Origin: Octopus sinensis
Lineage: Eukaryota
Assembly (NCBI RefSeq): GCF_006345805.1
Contig: NC_042998.1
Span: 159,898,001 to 159,962,000, forward strand
Direction: 5' to 3'
DNA length: 64,000 nucleotides
Position 1 is the stretch's first letter; each line of letters starts with the position of its first letter. The translations under genes and the position numbers were made by a program. The notes under the pieces were generated by a model that was given only the letters and a program-made list of their open reading frames with translations, was not told where the DNA came from and made no database searches. Positions 1 to 13,650 of the stretch are shown one piece after another.

Positions 1-959
1 ATTACTTTTACATACCCTCTCTCTCTCTCTCTATCTATCTATCTTTCCCTCTCTGCATATCTATTCCTACATCTTCTTGCTCTCCCTTTCTCCTTATCTC
101 AGTAGCATGGACCTCAACAAAGCTACTACACCAAAGACAGTATATACTTTAAAATACACAGAAACCCTTAGTTTGAAGAAATAAAAACCACTCTGATTGC
201 AGGAAATCACTAAAAACCACTCTGATTGAAGAGACCCTCAAGAGTTTTGGTTTTCACTAAACTATGGCTCAAACTGGAAGGAAAAGGAATGAATTCATTC
301 ATTCATATGTCCTGAGTAAACCTCACATAGATCTACTACATAACATTTTCAAAGAGAGGCAAAAACAGAAGCTGAAAAAGAAACCAGTGGTTCAACGGAA
401 TCTGGGAAGGGTCAGGGTGATGCTGTGAGAGAGGAACACAACAAAACAGACATCAACACCCTGAACAATTGTGAGCCCACAGAGAACAACAGCAGCAAAG
501 CAAAGGTCCACCAAGAAAAACAGAAGCCAAAGATGAAGATGAAGGCACAAACAAGCAAGCAAGTTGAGGATGATCATAGGTCAAGTGCAAAAACAGAAAG
601 AAGTAGAACCTACAAAGACAATGGCTCTGGAATAAATAAAGAAAAAAAGCCCATGACCCATGTGAGTGGTACTCATTTTGCTCACCCTAAGGCCAGAGAG
701 AAATAAAAAAAATTTGTTGTTTTTGTAAAATCTCAGAAAACAACTCCACAAGGATCAACAAGGACACAAGCCCAGTTCACAAAACATAATGCCTCCACCT
801 TGGAAATATGTGGATGGTGCACACACTGTTTCTAAGAGGAAAAAATATGTAGATGCAGTGCAAACAGCAACTGTTGAACATTAATTTTATGGGGATATGG
901 CACGGAGGATTATGAGGCAGCTGACCTGGCTCCATCAGACATTGAGTTTGTGAAACATG

Positions 960-1190
960 TACCAAAACTCAAGACCACTTCATAGTCAGAAAACTTGGAG
1001 AATGGTTACATGACTTCTTAAAAGACAGAAGCCAGGCTGTGGCAGCCAGTTGAGCCCTCTCCAAGAAGACAGTGATAGCAAGTGCCTCAGGGAACTGTCC
1101 TGGAGCTGCTGCTGTTTATGATGTCTCTTGTCTCTTTCAGATATGCCATCAGTTACTCAGACAATTACACTTAGTAGCTATGCTGAGAAC
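960..1190 (+). pseudogene. CR1/L2-like LINE reverse transcriptase fragment (decayed)
   Basis: Manual translation gives KLGEWLHDFLKDRSQAVAA... followed by a frameshifted (V)PQGTVL(G)xLLF-like stretch, the RT motif region of CR1/L2-type LINEs. Confidence 0.55.
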
Positions 1191-1194
1191 ACAA

Positions 1195-1273
1195 TATATA
1201 TATATATATGATAAATAGATAGATAGATAGATATACATACATGTATATATATATAGATGTATATGTATATGTA

Positions 1274-1334
<61 letters not shown>
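1195..1334. repeat. compound (TA)n/(TAGA)n microsatellite
   Basis: direct inspection. Confidence 0.95.
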
Positions 1335-1338
<4 letters not shown>

Positions 1339-1699
1339 AATATTATTTAAAAGACATCAGCTGAGAAACATGCAAGATAGATAAAAAAAACACACATATA
1401 TACACACACATCATATCCATCTGGAAATCAAATTAACCCATTTAGTATTTAGTAAGCTAGGTAAAAGGCTAGAATCAGAGCTGTTATTTATTATTGCTAT
1501 TTAATGTTAGAAATTAGATGGAAGAATATCAATGGCTGCAGTGGGGATAGCAAATATATTTATTCTCATTATGTACAAGTGAGATGCAACTTCCACAAGC
1601 TGCATTGCAAGCTACCCTTCTAGAAGAGCAGTAAATCAGAATAAGAAATTAGATAAGGATAGCAGATAATCTTTAGTTTCGCTCATATAGAACAACTGC

Positions 1700-2022
1700 T
1701 CTAGTGCTGGCAGCAGAACGGAATGCATCCAGTGCACTCTGTAAAGTGGATGGTAATGGGAAGGACACCTATCTGTAGGAAATATGGCAGAACAGAAAGT
1801 ATGGGTAAAGAGTGGATTGTGTATGACACATCACATAACACATTACAGGTTACTCTCTTTGATTTTCCCATATTGGACAACTTTCCAAGTGTCAGTGCCA
1901 GTGGCACAATAAGATTCCCAATTCACACTGTTGGTTAGTGTTCTCTGTTGCTGTATGTACAAGATAATGCAGATCATGATGACCTATCAAACCCATGCCA
2001 GCATAGTAAAATGGATATTAAA

Positions 2023-2054
<32 letters not shown>
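1700..2054 (+). mobile_element. RTE LINE 3'UTR fragment ending in (GAT)n tail
   Basis: CCCATGCCAGCATAG...GGATATTAAAGATGATGAT matches the 3' tail of the RTE copy at 56469-58745. Confidence 0.55.
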
Positions 2055-3248
2055 CAGTGGTGGCAGTGGTAGAGGCAGTAGTAATGAGAATGATAGAGGA
2101 GGAGGATTAAAAGATGTATTCATATTTGCAACTTATCTGAGTCAAATGAGTAGATAACAACTGGTTGAAAGTCATATCATTAACACTGTGTTCAGTCCTT
2201 GTTCAAATCACTTCTCTCTCATTGACTTATACATAGTTAACAAAGGTACCTTGAGCTTCTTGGTTGTAAACAAGGTATGATTAAAGAATCCTTCATTGAC
2301 TTGCCGTCTGACCAAGTCCTACTCAACTAAGCTTGAACTGGTCAACAAAGGAAATTCAGTGCAGATTTACTATCAGTTAGAAATAGCAGCCAAATTCCTC
2401 TAAAATCACACCTTATCATATTAAAGAAGAAAGGACAGATTAGATAATGTAATCCTAAATACAGTATGCCTAAAGTGAAATGGAGGTGGTCATGACTGGA
2501 ATGTCTGATTATCAGTTTGTTCAATCAGGTTTGACAAGGAGATTTCTTTAGTTGTAATAAAATAGTCAGAAGCAGAGAGGTTGTGTTCATGACCCCACCC
2601 AGGTCCACCCAGGCTAGAGAAACTGATGTGGTTAATTTTCAGTTTGAACATCTGTAGTTTAGTGTCTAAAAACAAACAATGAAGCTTTTGAATAAGTTAT
2701 AGCAATCACATTATCTTTCACCAAAATTAGATCTTTATAATTATATAAATATATATATATGCATGTGTGTGTGTGTGTATACATGTGTATATATATTATA
2801 TATATATGTATGTATATATACATATATAAATATATATAAATGTATATTACACACACACACACATAAACACACACACACAAACACATTATTTTAGCTCATT
2901 TTAACAATACTACTGACATGACATGATACAGGGCTGGCTATTCAATAACAACATTGTTGATTAAGAAAATGAAATTTGATAGAATACTCCAAATACCATG
3001 CAATTAATTTAGACTAAACTAATTAAGCTCTAGTATCTACCATGTGATTTCTACCATCATTGTCAAATTTCAAAAGAAGAAGTAAAGGCAAACAGTCTGC
3101 TTTAAAAATATTATTATCTATTCACTTCCACATACCAAATAGCACCATTTCTATTGTAATGATATAAAATAATATAAAATTACCATATCAGCTGGTGTTA
3201 ACATTCTATGTTTTAAATTCTTAAAAATCAGTTACCACAAAAAATGAA

Positions 3249-3420
3249 TCATCATCATCATTTAATGTCCATGTTCTATGCTGGCATGGGTTGGACAGTT
3301 TGATAGGTTCTGATGGGTCCAGGAACTGCATCATGCTCCAATGTCTGCTTTGGGAATAATTTTGCAGCCTTTCTTCATGTCAACCACTTTACAATGTGAA
3401 CTAGGTGCATTTTTTCAAGC
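3249..3420 (-). mobile_element. RTE LINE 3' tail fragment
   Basis: TCATCATCATTTAATGTCCATGTTCTATGCTGGCATGGGTTGGACAG is the reverse complement of the RTE tail. Confidence 0.6.
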
Positions 3421-3627
3421 CTCCAGCACTACTAAGTTTGCCATTCAGCTTGCAGAAATATGGAAATAGCCACATGATTAGGGAGTTTGCTCTCAGATCC
3501 TTGATGCCAGGTTTGAACTCTCACTGTGGCACCTTTGGTAAGTATAGCATCAGATTAAACCTATACCTCAAAGCCTTGTATGTAAAATTTTGAGGACAAA
3601 TGTATGGAAGCCTGTCTGAAGGATATA

Positions 3628-4929
3628 CAGGGTGGGGCAGAGAAGACATGTTTTTGAAATGGCTATTATTTAGCTCCAGTGGGAGACACATATGTCTGAC
3701 AAGTACCATTCGGTCAGTGGTATCTGAACATTTTTTACTTTTCAGGTGAATCCATGGCCCTGTTCATAATAGAGCATCATGTTTTTGCCTATGACAATTA
3801 CATGAAGAATTAACAAATCTATCACAGCAGTTCAGCATGAGTTTCGGTGCCACTGCAACATTCACTGAAATAAGACTGTTTTCACTCTAACACAATCTTA
3901 CGTTGGGTGAATGGACTTTGTACACGAGGTACACTAATGAATAGGAAACTGGTGGGGGTGTCATGAATGCTACGGACCCCAGAAAATGTGAAACGCATCA
4001 GACAAGCTTTGATATGGAATCCGAATCACTCTGCTTAGAGGCATTCCACTGAATTTGGCATCGGTAAGGCATATTTTGTATGAAGCCCTGCATTTCCATC
4101 TGTACAAATTGGTCATTGGGCAACAGTTGAAACCATGGGACCATGCACAGCAGCTTAACTTCGCATGTCAGATGGAAGCAATTTTCGAGGCAATTGACAA
4201 CCTCATTTTGTTAAGGAGTGTTGAAGCTCATTTTCATCTCAATGGCATAGTGAATCAACAGAACTGTCGTTATTGGGATCTTGAAAATTCAAGAGAACTA
4301 CACAAAAAACTACTGTACAGCCTAAAAGTGGTCTGGTGGAAAAGTTACCATCATTGGTCCTTACATTTTTTACAATAATAATGGAAATGCTGTTACTGTG
4401 GACTCTCTTTTATTTGTCTGAATTACAATGAAAATGTATGCCTATTTGACTTGTGTGGTTTCAGCAGAATGTGGTGACAGCCCACACAGCCAGAGCATCA
4501 ATGAACTTTCTTTGCCCTCTCTTCAGTGACTGCCTCATTTCCAGGTTTGCTGACATTCCTTGGCCCCCTCCGTCCCCTAATTTGTCCTTGACCACGTTGG
4601 TCCCCTAATTTATTTCTTGTGGAGAAACCTCAAGGCACATGTGTATGCACATATGCCCCATACATTGGATGATTTGAAGGAAGCTATTCGCATGGAAGTC
4701 GCCCAAATCGACAGAGCATTGCTGGAGAGAGTGGAAGCCAACTCCCAAGAACGCCTTCAGAAATTCATCAATGAAAACGGATACCACATAATGAATGTTG
4801 TTTTTCACACTTGATTTTGACAAATACTAATTCAATATGAACACATTGATATCAACAAAATTTGTATATAGCTAAAATTAATGATTTTGTGAATTTTTCA
4901 AAAATGTCCGTTTTCTCTGACCCACCCTG
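3628..4929 (+). mobile_element. Tc1/mariner-superfamily DNA transposon, full length but decayed (DUF4817-HTH type transposase)
   Basis: TIRs CAGGGTGGGGCAGAGAAGAC / GTTTTCTCTGACCCACCCTG flanked by TA on both sides; ORF pieces 4055-4378 (LHFHLYKL...EAHFHLNG.VNQQNCRYW) and 4617-4814 (LKAHVY..PHTLDDLKEAIR); WPPxSP-like motif near 4560. Confidence 0.88.
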
Positions 4930-5139
4930 TATGTACATATATGTAAAACATCTGACAAAATATTTTGTATTTGGTTTGGTTGCTTCATATTCAGAGTTGA
5001 AATCCTACCTGCGTTAACTTTTCTTTTTCTCCTTCCAAGGCCAGTAAAATAAGTGCCAAAGTAGTGGGGTTGATATAATTGATTAAAACACTTGAAGGCA
5101 GTAGCCCAGCATATCTACAAAAGACTGAAATCAGTAAAA

Positions 5140-6006
5140 TACAAGGTAGTATCAAAAAGTGTAATAAAATATAACTTATTTTAACTAAATTTTAACATCA
5201 TCTCCTTCAAAATAGCAGCAATACACCTATCCCAGCATTCCTGTCACTTTTGGAATCTGGCCTGAAAGTCATTTTCCGAAAGTGAGTCAAGGACCTACTG
5301 TGATTCACTCTGAATTTCAACAAGTGTTAAAACAATGAACTTTGAGCTACATTTTCATCTTTGGGAAGAGATGAAAGTCTGCAGGTGCTAACTCTGGCAA
5401 ATAGGGTGGAAGCAATACCATGTTGTTTTTGGTGAAATACAAGGGAGGAGAGCTTGGTGACAGGCAGCATTGTGATCATGATGAATCCAATTCTTTACAC
5501 TCCACAGATCTGATTGCTTTTGCCAAATGTCCTCTCTCGCATACTTCAAAACATTGCAGTAGAACTCTCAAATGACAGTCTGGCCCTGGAGGACAAATTC
5601 ATGATGCACAATACCACATTTCCAGGAGTGACATTTGTGGCAGGCCTTCCAGATCACTCATCCTCTTCCAGGGACATTCTTCCACTTTTGAAACGCCCAT
5701 GCCACTCAAAACATTATGTAAAACTCTTTGCCTTGTTGCTATAAGCTTGGCAAAGTATGCTCAATGTCTCTCTAGCAGATTTCCCAAGTTTAACACAAAA
5801 CATTATGTTGATATTTTGTTCCTGTCCATGACAAAATTGATCACAAAGACACAAATTTCATAACTTGTGAAGTAAACACAGTGATGACACTCACCACAAA
5901 GACATCATGAAGATCCCTGCTAGCTCTAACTGCACACACGACCATGTGCTGCCATCTGTTGGCATGCTACAGAACTTGCCAGGGAACTTTTTGATACCTA
6001 CTCATA
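5140..6006 (-). mobile_element. internally deleted mariner element
   Basis: imperfect TIRs TACAAGGTAGTATCAAAAAGT / ACTTTTTGATACCTACTCATA; minus strand gives HHDNAACHQAL and PPYLPELAPADFHLFPKMK (mariner HDNA and YSPDLAPxD motifs). Confidence 0.75.
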
Positions 6007-7120
6007 AAAGGATAACTAAAAAAACTTTGACCTGGATAGACAATGTAAGAGCCTCTACACAGCTGCTGAAACTACTAGAAATAATGGCTAAATCTCCCTC
6101 AAACTACACTCTACCATCTACAAAAAAATGGCATTTTATAATGGTCCCAAATACACTATGCATAAAGAAAGTATGGTCCTGTGTGGAATGTCTTGTCGTA
6201 GTTTGGCTTAACCAGGGCTGATTTAGAACTAAATTACAACTAGGTGCTGGGTTGCTCTAAAAACTTAGGGGTAGCAAAAGAATCTACTTTTCTTGACTAC
6301 GTAATAATTACCACCTAAAACCTTGACTGTGCTGAAACAAGCTGCACAGCAAAACAGACTTGATTGTTATATTGCACTTCACACAAGGCAAAGAACAAGT
6401 CTTACACAGTCTCTCAACTTGCTAGAGAAGACAACCAAATCTCCTTCAAATCACATTCTACTGCCTTAAAAAGGGGCATATTTGACTATGTAATCTGAAA
6501 TACATTGTAAGAATAAAGGATGAGGTGATCATGGTGGTCAGAAAATGTTTGTTTGATCAAGACTGACCTGAGTCTAAACACTATCAAAAAAACTTCATAA
6601 CAGAATCTTAGAAATATAATACCAGAGCAGACTGAAGCATGTCACATCCAGTTTTCTAAAATTGTTGATCATTCCCAAGTATTCAACTAACTACATCTAT
6701 ACTGTCCCTTTGCAAAATCAGAGTACACTGGTACTAAAGTGAAACAACAAAATTATAAAACAACAGAAGACAATACACAACAAGCATTTCTCTTTTAGTA
6801 TTTAACTTAATTTTTCAGTTTCTTTTTAACATTTTTTTAGACATTGATTTAGAAGGAACAATATTTTAAACATGATTTAACTGCATACGGCAACAAACAT
6901 TCCCAACAAAAGTCAACAAGGAAGTTTTTGTAAAGTCAGTCAACCAGTGAAAAATATTAGCCAAAGCTGAACTAAATCTTACTATCTTACAAAAAGCAAG
7001 ACAATAATAAATCTATTCAGTCAAACCAGATCTGGTGCCCTCTGAGAGGTCATGGTGATTTCTTTTTTTACAAAATGCAATAACATGATAATTCAACTGA
7101 TGCTACTTTAGATTCTTTTA

Positions 7121-7321
7121 TTCTTTTAATTGTTTCAGTCATTTGACTGTGGCCATGCTGGAGCACCACCTTTAGTCAAACAAATTGACTCCAGGACTTA
7201 TTCTTTGTAAGCCTAGTACTTATTCTATCGGTCTCTTTTGCCAAACTGCTAAGTTACAGGGACGTGAACACACCAACAATGGTTGTCAAGTGATGGTGGG
7301 GAGACAAACACATACACACAA

Positions 7322-7408
<87 letters not shown>

Positions 7409-7595
7409 TATATATACATATATATATTTATATATATATGACAGGCTTCTTTCAGCTTCCATCTACCAAATCCACTCACAAGGCTTTGGTCAGCCTGAGG
7501 CTATTGTTGAAGACATTTGCCCAAGGTGCCACACAGTGGGACTGAACCTGGAACCATGTGGTTGGTAAGCAAGCAACTTACCACATAGCCACTCC
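7121..7595 (-). mobile_element. tRNA-derived SINE, family 1 (CCTTGGGCAAGTGTCTTC domain, internal microsatellite)
   Basis: tRNA-like head with GTTCAGTCCC B-box, internal (TA)n(TG)n and conserved tail CAGTCAAATGACTGAAAC; many copies in the window. Confidence 0.8.
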
Positions 7596-8244
7596 TAAAA
7601 AAATCACAGTGATAATGCTCCATATTTAGCTACATCCATTTGTATTCTGAGTTCAAATCTCATCACTGTTTGATTTTGCTTATTTCCTAAGGGCCAATAA
7701 AATAGTCAATTATGCCCTTCTCTTGAAATAAACTGATGTCTTATCCAAGAGCAGTTATAAGCAATAAGCTAATGTATTCAAAGGTATTGTATCATTCGCC
7801 TAAATATACAGATTTTGAACACATCTAAACATGTAAAAGAAAGATGTAAAACTATGAAAGCACAACAAACCCATTAAATTGGAATTATTTTAAAATTTAG
7901 AATGAGTTTTTACTCTTCCAATTATTTAATGCATTTCATTTAATATATTTCATATATCAACAAAATATTCTCTTTTTAGCAAGAGTAAATACATATGAAA
8001 TATGAGATCAAATTTACAAATTATGAGATCATCGGCAAAAAAGTTGAAATAACTCAATTGAGAGAATGTTAGATGTAAGAGCTAAAGGTCCCTGGAACAA
8101 TTTTCAAACAATTTTGGAACAATCCTGGATTTCAGCATGGTGATGATGTTCTATTTTTTAAACTTCAAATTATTGCTAATTGAAATTTCTAAAGTTTGAC
8201 TTACTTTGAGAGGGTGACGAAAGACAAGGTTTCAGTTGTATACA

Positions 8245-9532
8245 TACAAGGGGTGTTCATTAACGATTTCTCCTGACTCACTTCCCAAGGACTGGGATAA
8301 ACAAAACTTGGCATAATTATTGGTCCTTGTCAACATAGCCACCACCAATGGTGACACACTTCTCCCATTACATTATGCAGCTGTGAAAACCTCTTCTATA
8401 GGAGTTGGCAAGTCATGTCTGAAGCCAAGACTTTACCTCGGAAATAAGTTCATCACCAACTGAAAAGTGCTTCCCCTTCAAAAAAGACTTCGTGGTTGGA
8501 AAAAGGTGGAAGGCAGATGATGCAAGGGCAGGAGAGTAAGGAGAACAAGGAAGGATTTCATAACCACAGGAGTGTGCTTTCGTCTGAGCAAAATGTGCAT
8601 TGTGAACTGGGGTATTGTCTTGGAGGAGGCGGACTCCTTTGGTTAGCATACCATGTCTCTTTGCTTTGATAGCATCCTGCAATTTCTGCAGCAGAGAAGC
8701 ATAATATTCCCCATTAATTGTGGTGCCCTTTTCCAGAAAAATCCATCATCACTACTCCATGCTGGTCCCAAAAGTCTGTGAGCATCACCTTACCTGCTGA
8801 GGGTTGGAGATGAGCTTTCTTTAAAGGTGGTGAGTTATCATGCTTCTATTGCTTTGTCTGGACTTTAATTTCAGGATCATCGTGATGGACTCATATTTCA
8901 TCCTGTGTGATAAGCTTACCAAAAAAGTTCTTGTTTTCTTGGCACATTGCCAAAAGAGCCTGAGAGCAATTAACTCATTCCTGCTTCTGAAAAGGTGTGA
9001 GCATCCAGGGAATCCATCATGCAGACAACTTCCACATATGCAAATAGTCATGAATGATTTTTTCCATGGACCCTACACTTATCTTCACTTCTTGGGCTAG
9101 TTACCTAATAGTTATACAGCGATCCTCTAAAATGGCAGCCTCACATCATATGGATGGTGCCATCATCAATGGTGGAATGTGGTCATCCAGGAACAGGAGC
9201 AGTTTCCACTGATGTCTGACTACATTTGAACTGGTAATGCCAGTGCTTGACTATGTCGTATGACGGTGCATCGTCAGCATAAACTTCTTTTATCTCATGG
9301 GAAGTTTATTTTGGTGTACAACCTTTCAAGTATAAGAACGTGATCATTGATCTGCATTCAACTGCTTCCATTATAACACCTTAGTACACTTCAGCAGCTG
9401 TAAAAGATAAACGAATACTAGTGGAAGCCGCAATTTACAATGTGACATGTACAGACATGTATCATTATACCTGTACAAGTTCCATTTCCTGCACTAACCA
9501 GAAGTGGGTCGGGGGAATCTTTAATCCTCTGT
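8245..9532 (-). mobile_element. mariner element, near full length, decayed
   Basis: ORF 8413-8682 has LLQDNTPVH and PCSPYSPALASSAFHLFP (mariner QDNA / YSPDLAPSD motifs); degenerate TIRs at both ends; about 1.29 kb. Confidence 0.85.
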
Positions 9533-9550
9533 GTGTGTGTGTGTTTGTGT

Positions 9551-9920
9551 AGGCACAGGTGTGGCTGTATGACAAGAAACTTGCTTCCCAGCCACATTGT
9601 TCAAAGTTCAGTTCCATTGCATGGTGTCTTCTACTATAGCCATGGGCTGACCAAAGCCTTGTGAGTGGATTTAGAAAATAGAAACTGAAAGAAGCCCATC
9701 ATATATATGTGTGTGTGTGTGTTTGTCCCCCACCACTGCTTGACAAACAGTGTTGGTGTGTTTACATCCCCTTAACTTAGTGGTTCAGCAAAAGAGACCA
9801 ATAGAATAAGTACCAGAACTTTTTTTAAAAAGTAAGTACTGGGGTCAATTCATTCAATTGATAAATTCTCCAGGGTGGTACCCCAGCATGGCCACAGTCT
9901 AACGGCTGAAACAAGTAAAA
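9551..9920 (+). mobile_element. SINE family 1 copy
   Basis: same head, CAAAGCCTTGTGAGTGGATTT body and tail as 7121-7595. Confidence 0.8.
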
Positions 9921-10566
9921 AAAAATATATATGTATCAACAGTATAATAAAAATATTTGGTGCAAGTGGCCACTGATTGAAACTTATTTGAGGCTATCTA
10001 TTAACGTTAATACATAGAAATTTTCAGTGAATTATTGCAAAACAAATAAGGTATATTTTTACTTTTTTTTTTTTCCTCAATACCACAATATTTCTTTTGA
10101 AAAATTTAAAAAAAATAATCCAGATAAAAATCCCTAATGAAAACAGAAACCAAATTTCAAAAAAGTATGATAAAAACACAAATAATTAAAAAAATTTTAA
10201 GTTTTCAACTATTTGCATGACATTCCAAAGAGTTTACAATAAAAAAAAATACTTACTGACATATCTAATTAATTTTGTCTCAGCAATCTAAGACTGAGTA
10301 TATAACATGCATTTGGTTTCAGGGAATTTATTAAATCTCAAACTTGTATTCAATTGAAATAGGGATTACTAACATTCCAATAATGAAGAAAACATCAGGG
10401 AGTCCTCTAGACTGACAGTTAGTTCTTGGTGTGGCAAATCTGTAATTTGGTTCTTCATTCAAACTTTTTCACTGTGCTTTCATTACTGATGGGTTTGGGA
10501 AAAGCATGTCAACAAAATAACCATTTCACATACATTGGATAATTATGCCAAGATAAAGTAGCACTA

Positions 10567-10567
10567 T

Positions 10568-10599
<32 letters not shown>

Positions 10600-10627
10600 G
10601 TGTGTGTGTATGAATATATGTATATAC

Positions 10628-10660
<33 letters not shown>

Positions 10661-10800
10661 ATACATATATATATATACATATGTATGTATGTATGTATGA
10701 ATATATATATATATATATATATGCATATAAAATACATATATATATATACATATGTATGTATGTATGTATGAATATATATATATATATATATGCATATAAA

Positions 10801-10835
<35 letters not shown>

Positions 10836-10857
10836 AATACATATATACATACATGCT

Positions 10858-10889
<32 letters not shown>

Positions 10890-10919
10890 CATACATATAT
10901 ACATACATGCTTATATATA

Positions 10920-10961
<42 letters not shown>

Positions 10962-10975
10962 ATAAATATATATAA
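10567..10975. repeat. long compound (CA)n/(TA)n/(TATG)n microsatellite
   Basis: direct inspection; source of the spurious YI/CV-rich ORFs. Confidence 0.95.
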
Positions 10976-11330
10976 TCATCATCATTTAACATCCGCTTTC
11001 CATGCTAGTATGGGTTGGATGGTTTGATTGAGGACTGGCAAATCAGTAGGCTGCACCAGGATCCAATCTGATCTGGCAAGGTTTCTACAGCTGGATGCCA
11101 TTCCTAATGCCAACCACTCCAAGAATGTAGTGAGTGCTTTCTATGTGCCCCCGGAATAGGAGCCAGTCAGAGGCCACTGGCATTGGCCACGTTCACATGG
11201 TGCTTTTTACATGCCACTGGCACAGGGAGCCAACCAGACAGCACTGGCATCAACCCATGCTTGAATGGAACTTATTAAGTGCCATCAGCATGGGTGCCAG
11301 TCAATCAGCACTGGCCATCTGAGAATTTAG
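10975..11330 (-). mobile_element. RTE LINE 3'UTR fragment
   Basis: TCATCATCATTTAACATCCGCTTTCCATGCTAG tail; colinear with 56480-56660. Confidence 0.7.
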
Positions 11331-11475
11331 TTTCTTCTTTGCTGAACACTTACGTTATGATGATAACATTGATGACTATGTAAACTAAATCTTGTTTAGA
11401 GGACTCAATGGCACTGACTGCATGGAAATGTTGATGGAAGACAAGGCTGATTTTGTTAATTTCAGACTGGCTTAA

Positions 11476-11695
11476 CCCTTTAGCATTCAGATTACTTTGT
11501 CAAATGTAATGCTTATTTATTCACACTTTTTGAATTGACCATGCATTATCTTGTAGCTTCAAGATATCAGTGATGTGATTGCTCATTTTTATATGGCATT
11601 GCAAGGTAGGTGTGAGAGGCTGGATCTCAGGCCACTTTGAACTTAAAACAAGTAGAATATTTGGACTGAATATGGTCGGTTTAATTGATAAAGGT
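11476..11695. mobile_element. piggyBac-type MITE
   Basis: TTAA on both sides, left end CCCTTTAGCATTCAGA and degenerate right end; a second copy at about 16159-16347. Confidence 0.55.
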
Positions 11696-11789
11696 TTAAA
11701 TAAACTACACACACACAGACAGACACACACACACACACACTCACACACACACACACACAAATACACACACACACACATATTATAATAAT

Positions 11790-12458
11790 CTTTTCTTCTA
11801 TAGGCACTGGACCTGAAATGTTGGGAATTAGGTCTAATACAGCAACCCCCAGTGCTCAACTGGTTCTATCAACCCAAAAAGGACAAAAGGCAAAGTCAAC
11901 CTTGTCAAAATTTGAACTCAAAATGTAAAGCCAGAGGACATACCTCAAAGCATTTTGTCCAGTGTGCTAATGATTCTGCCAGCTCATGACCTTAATAATA
12001 ACAATAATCCTTTCTGCTGTAGGCACAAGGCCTGGGATTTAGGGAAAGTGGGTAAGTCAGTTGCATCAACCCCAGTGATCAACTGGTACTTGTTTTATTG
12101 ACCTCAAAAGGATGAAAGGTAAAGTCAACTTCAGTAGAATTTGAATTCAGATTGTAAAAACATACAAAATGCTGTCATACAGTTGGTCTAATGTGCTAAT
12201 GATTCTGTCAACTTGCCACTTTATTAATATACAGAATAATAATAGTGATTTCAAATTTTGGCACAAAACCAGCAATTTTGGGGTAAGGTGTAAGTCAATT
12301 ACATCAACCAAAGTACTCAACCGGTACTTATTTTACTGACAGTGAAAGAATGAAAGACAAAGTCACTCCAGTGGAATTTGAACTAAGAATGTAAGGACAG
12401 ACAAAATGCCACTAAGCATTTTGCCCAGCATGCTAACGTGTCTGCCAGCTTGCCACCT
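11790..12458 (-). mobile_element. three head-to-tail SINE family 2 copies (Meta-domain-like GCCTTTCATCCTTT core)
   Basis: three diverged units of about 210-230 bp at about 11790-11992, 12000-12222 and 12240-12458, each with a GAGTTCAAATT B-box and an (ATT)n tail. Confidence 0.75.
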
Positions 12459-12459
12459 G

Positions 12460-12556
12460 AATAATAATAATCATGATAATAATAACAATAATAATAATCA
12501 TAATAATAATAATAACAATAATAATAATCATAATAATAATAAGAATAATAATAATC
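12460..12556. repeat. (AAT)n microsatellite
   Basis: direct inspection. Confidence 0.95.
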
Positions 12557-12900
12557 AATGCTAACAGATGATGACATTTCTCTAAAAGAAATGGAGAAAC
12601 TTTCAAAATATGAAGACCTGGAAATAGAGATAATTCAATTGTGGAGTCTAAAAGCAGAAACAATTCCTATCATAGTAGGCACATTAGGTATGATAAAAAA
12701 ATATTCAAACAAATACATAACAAAAACACCAGGACTAACAAATATATATAACATACAGAAAATAGCACTACTAGGCACTGCACACATTCTATGTAAAACA
12801 CTTTCAATAAGAGCATCACAACAAACCACAGCACAAACCCAAGGCACACAGAGCTGTGCTCAGTAGTGCAGTGAAAGCATGTGATAAAAATAAGACTACT
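12556..12900 (+). mobile_element. 5'-truncated R4/Dong-clade non-LTR retrotransposon (restriction-like endonuclease C-terminus + 3'UTR)
   Basis: ORF 12558-12866 ISLKEMEKLSKYEDLEIEIIQLWSLKAETIPIIVGTLG...IQKIALLGTAHIL matches the KExEKxxKY..L...W...PIxxGxLG RLE signature; flanked by TAA repeats on both sides. Confidence 0.75.
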
Positions 12901-13271
12901 GAAAGATAATAATAATGATAAACACCAATATATATATAAACAGAAGATATATATATATTACAAGTAATTTTGTTTATTGTACTTGTGTGAGATAATTTCA
13001 TGTCTGAAGAAAGAAACAAAAGGATGCAAATAAAAACAAGGGTTGCAAAACTATTTCTTGGACAAAATTTTATTTTTACCATTAATTGCTCCTTTCTTTC
13101 ATTTTAATCTGACACCAATGAGACAGTTATTAAATGGCATTGTTGGTTTCAAAGATATAATATTGCTTTAATCAGCCAAAAGAGCAGTTCACAAAATTTG
13201 GATGGAAATTGAGTATCAAAGATCTTACTCCTATACTAAAGATTTTGCTCCACTACTAGTATATCAATGTT

Positions 13272-13650
13272 ATCTTTTTTTACTTATTTCAGTCATTAGA
13301 TTGTGGCCAAGCTGGGGCACCACCTTGAAGAATTTTTAGTTCAATGAATCAACCCAATTACTTACATTATGTTAAGCCTGATATTTATTCTATTGGTCTC
13401 TTTTGCCAAATTGCTAAGTTACAGGGACATAAACACACCAGTACTGAAGAACAAATACAGACACAAACACACACACACATATATATATACAATGGGCTTC
13501 CTTCAGTTTCTGTCTACCAAATCCACTCACAAGGCTTTGGTCAGCTCAAGGCTTTAGTAGAAGACACCTGCCCAAAGTGCCATGCAGTGGGATTCAATCT
13601 AGCATCATGTGGTTGGGAAACAAGCTTCTTACCACACAGCCATGCTTGTG
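13272..13650 (-). mobile_element. SINE family 1 copy
   Basis: same conserved blocks as 7121-7595. Confidence 0.8.

Noticed and set aside
425-706. 93-aa Lys/Glu-rich ORF
   Set aside because: No recognisable domain or splice support; probably decayed LINE-related or random purine-rich sequence
10509-10992. Multiple long YI/CV/HT-rich ORFs (also near 7185-7568, 20821-21126, 37705-38424)
   Set aside because: Translations of (TA)n/(CA)n microsatellites, not genes
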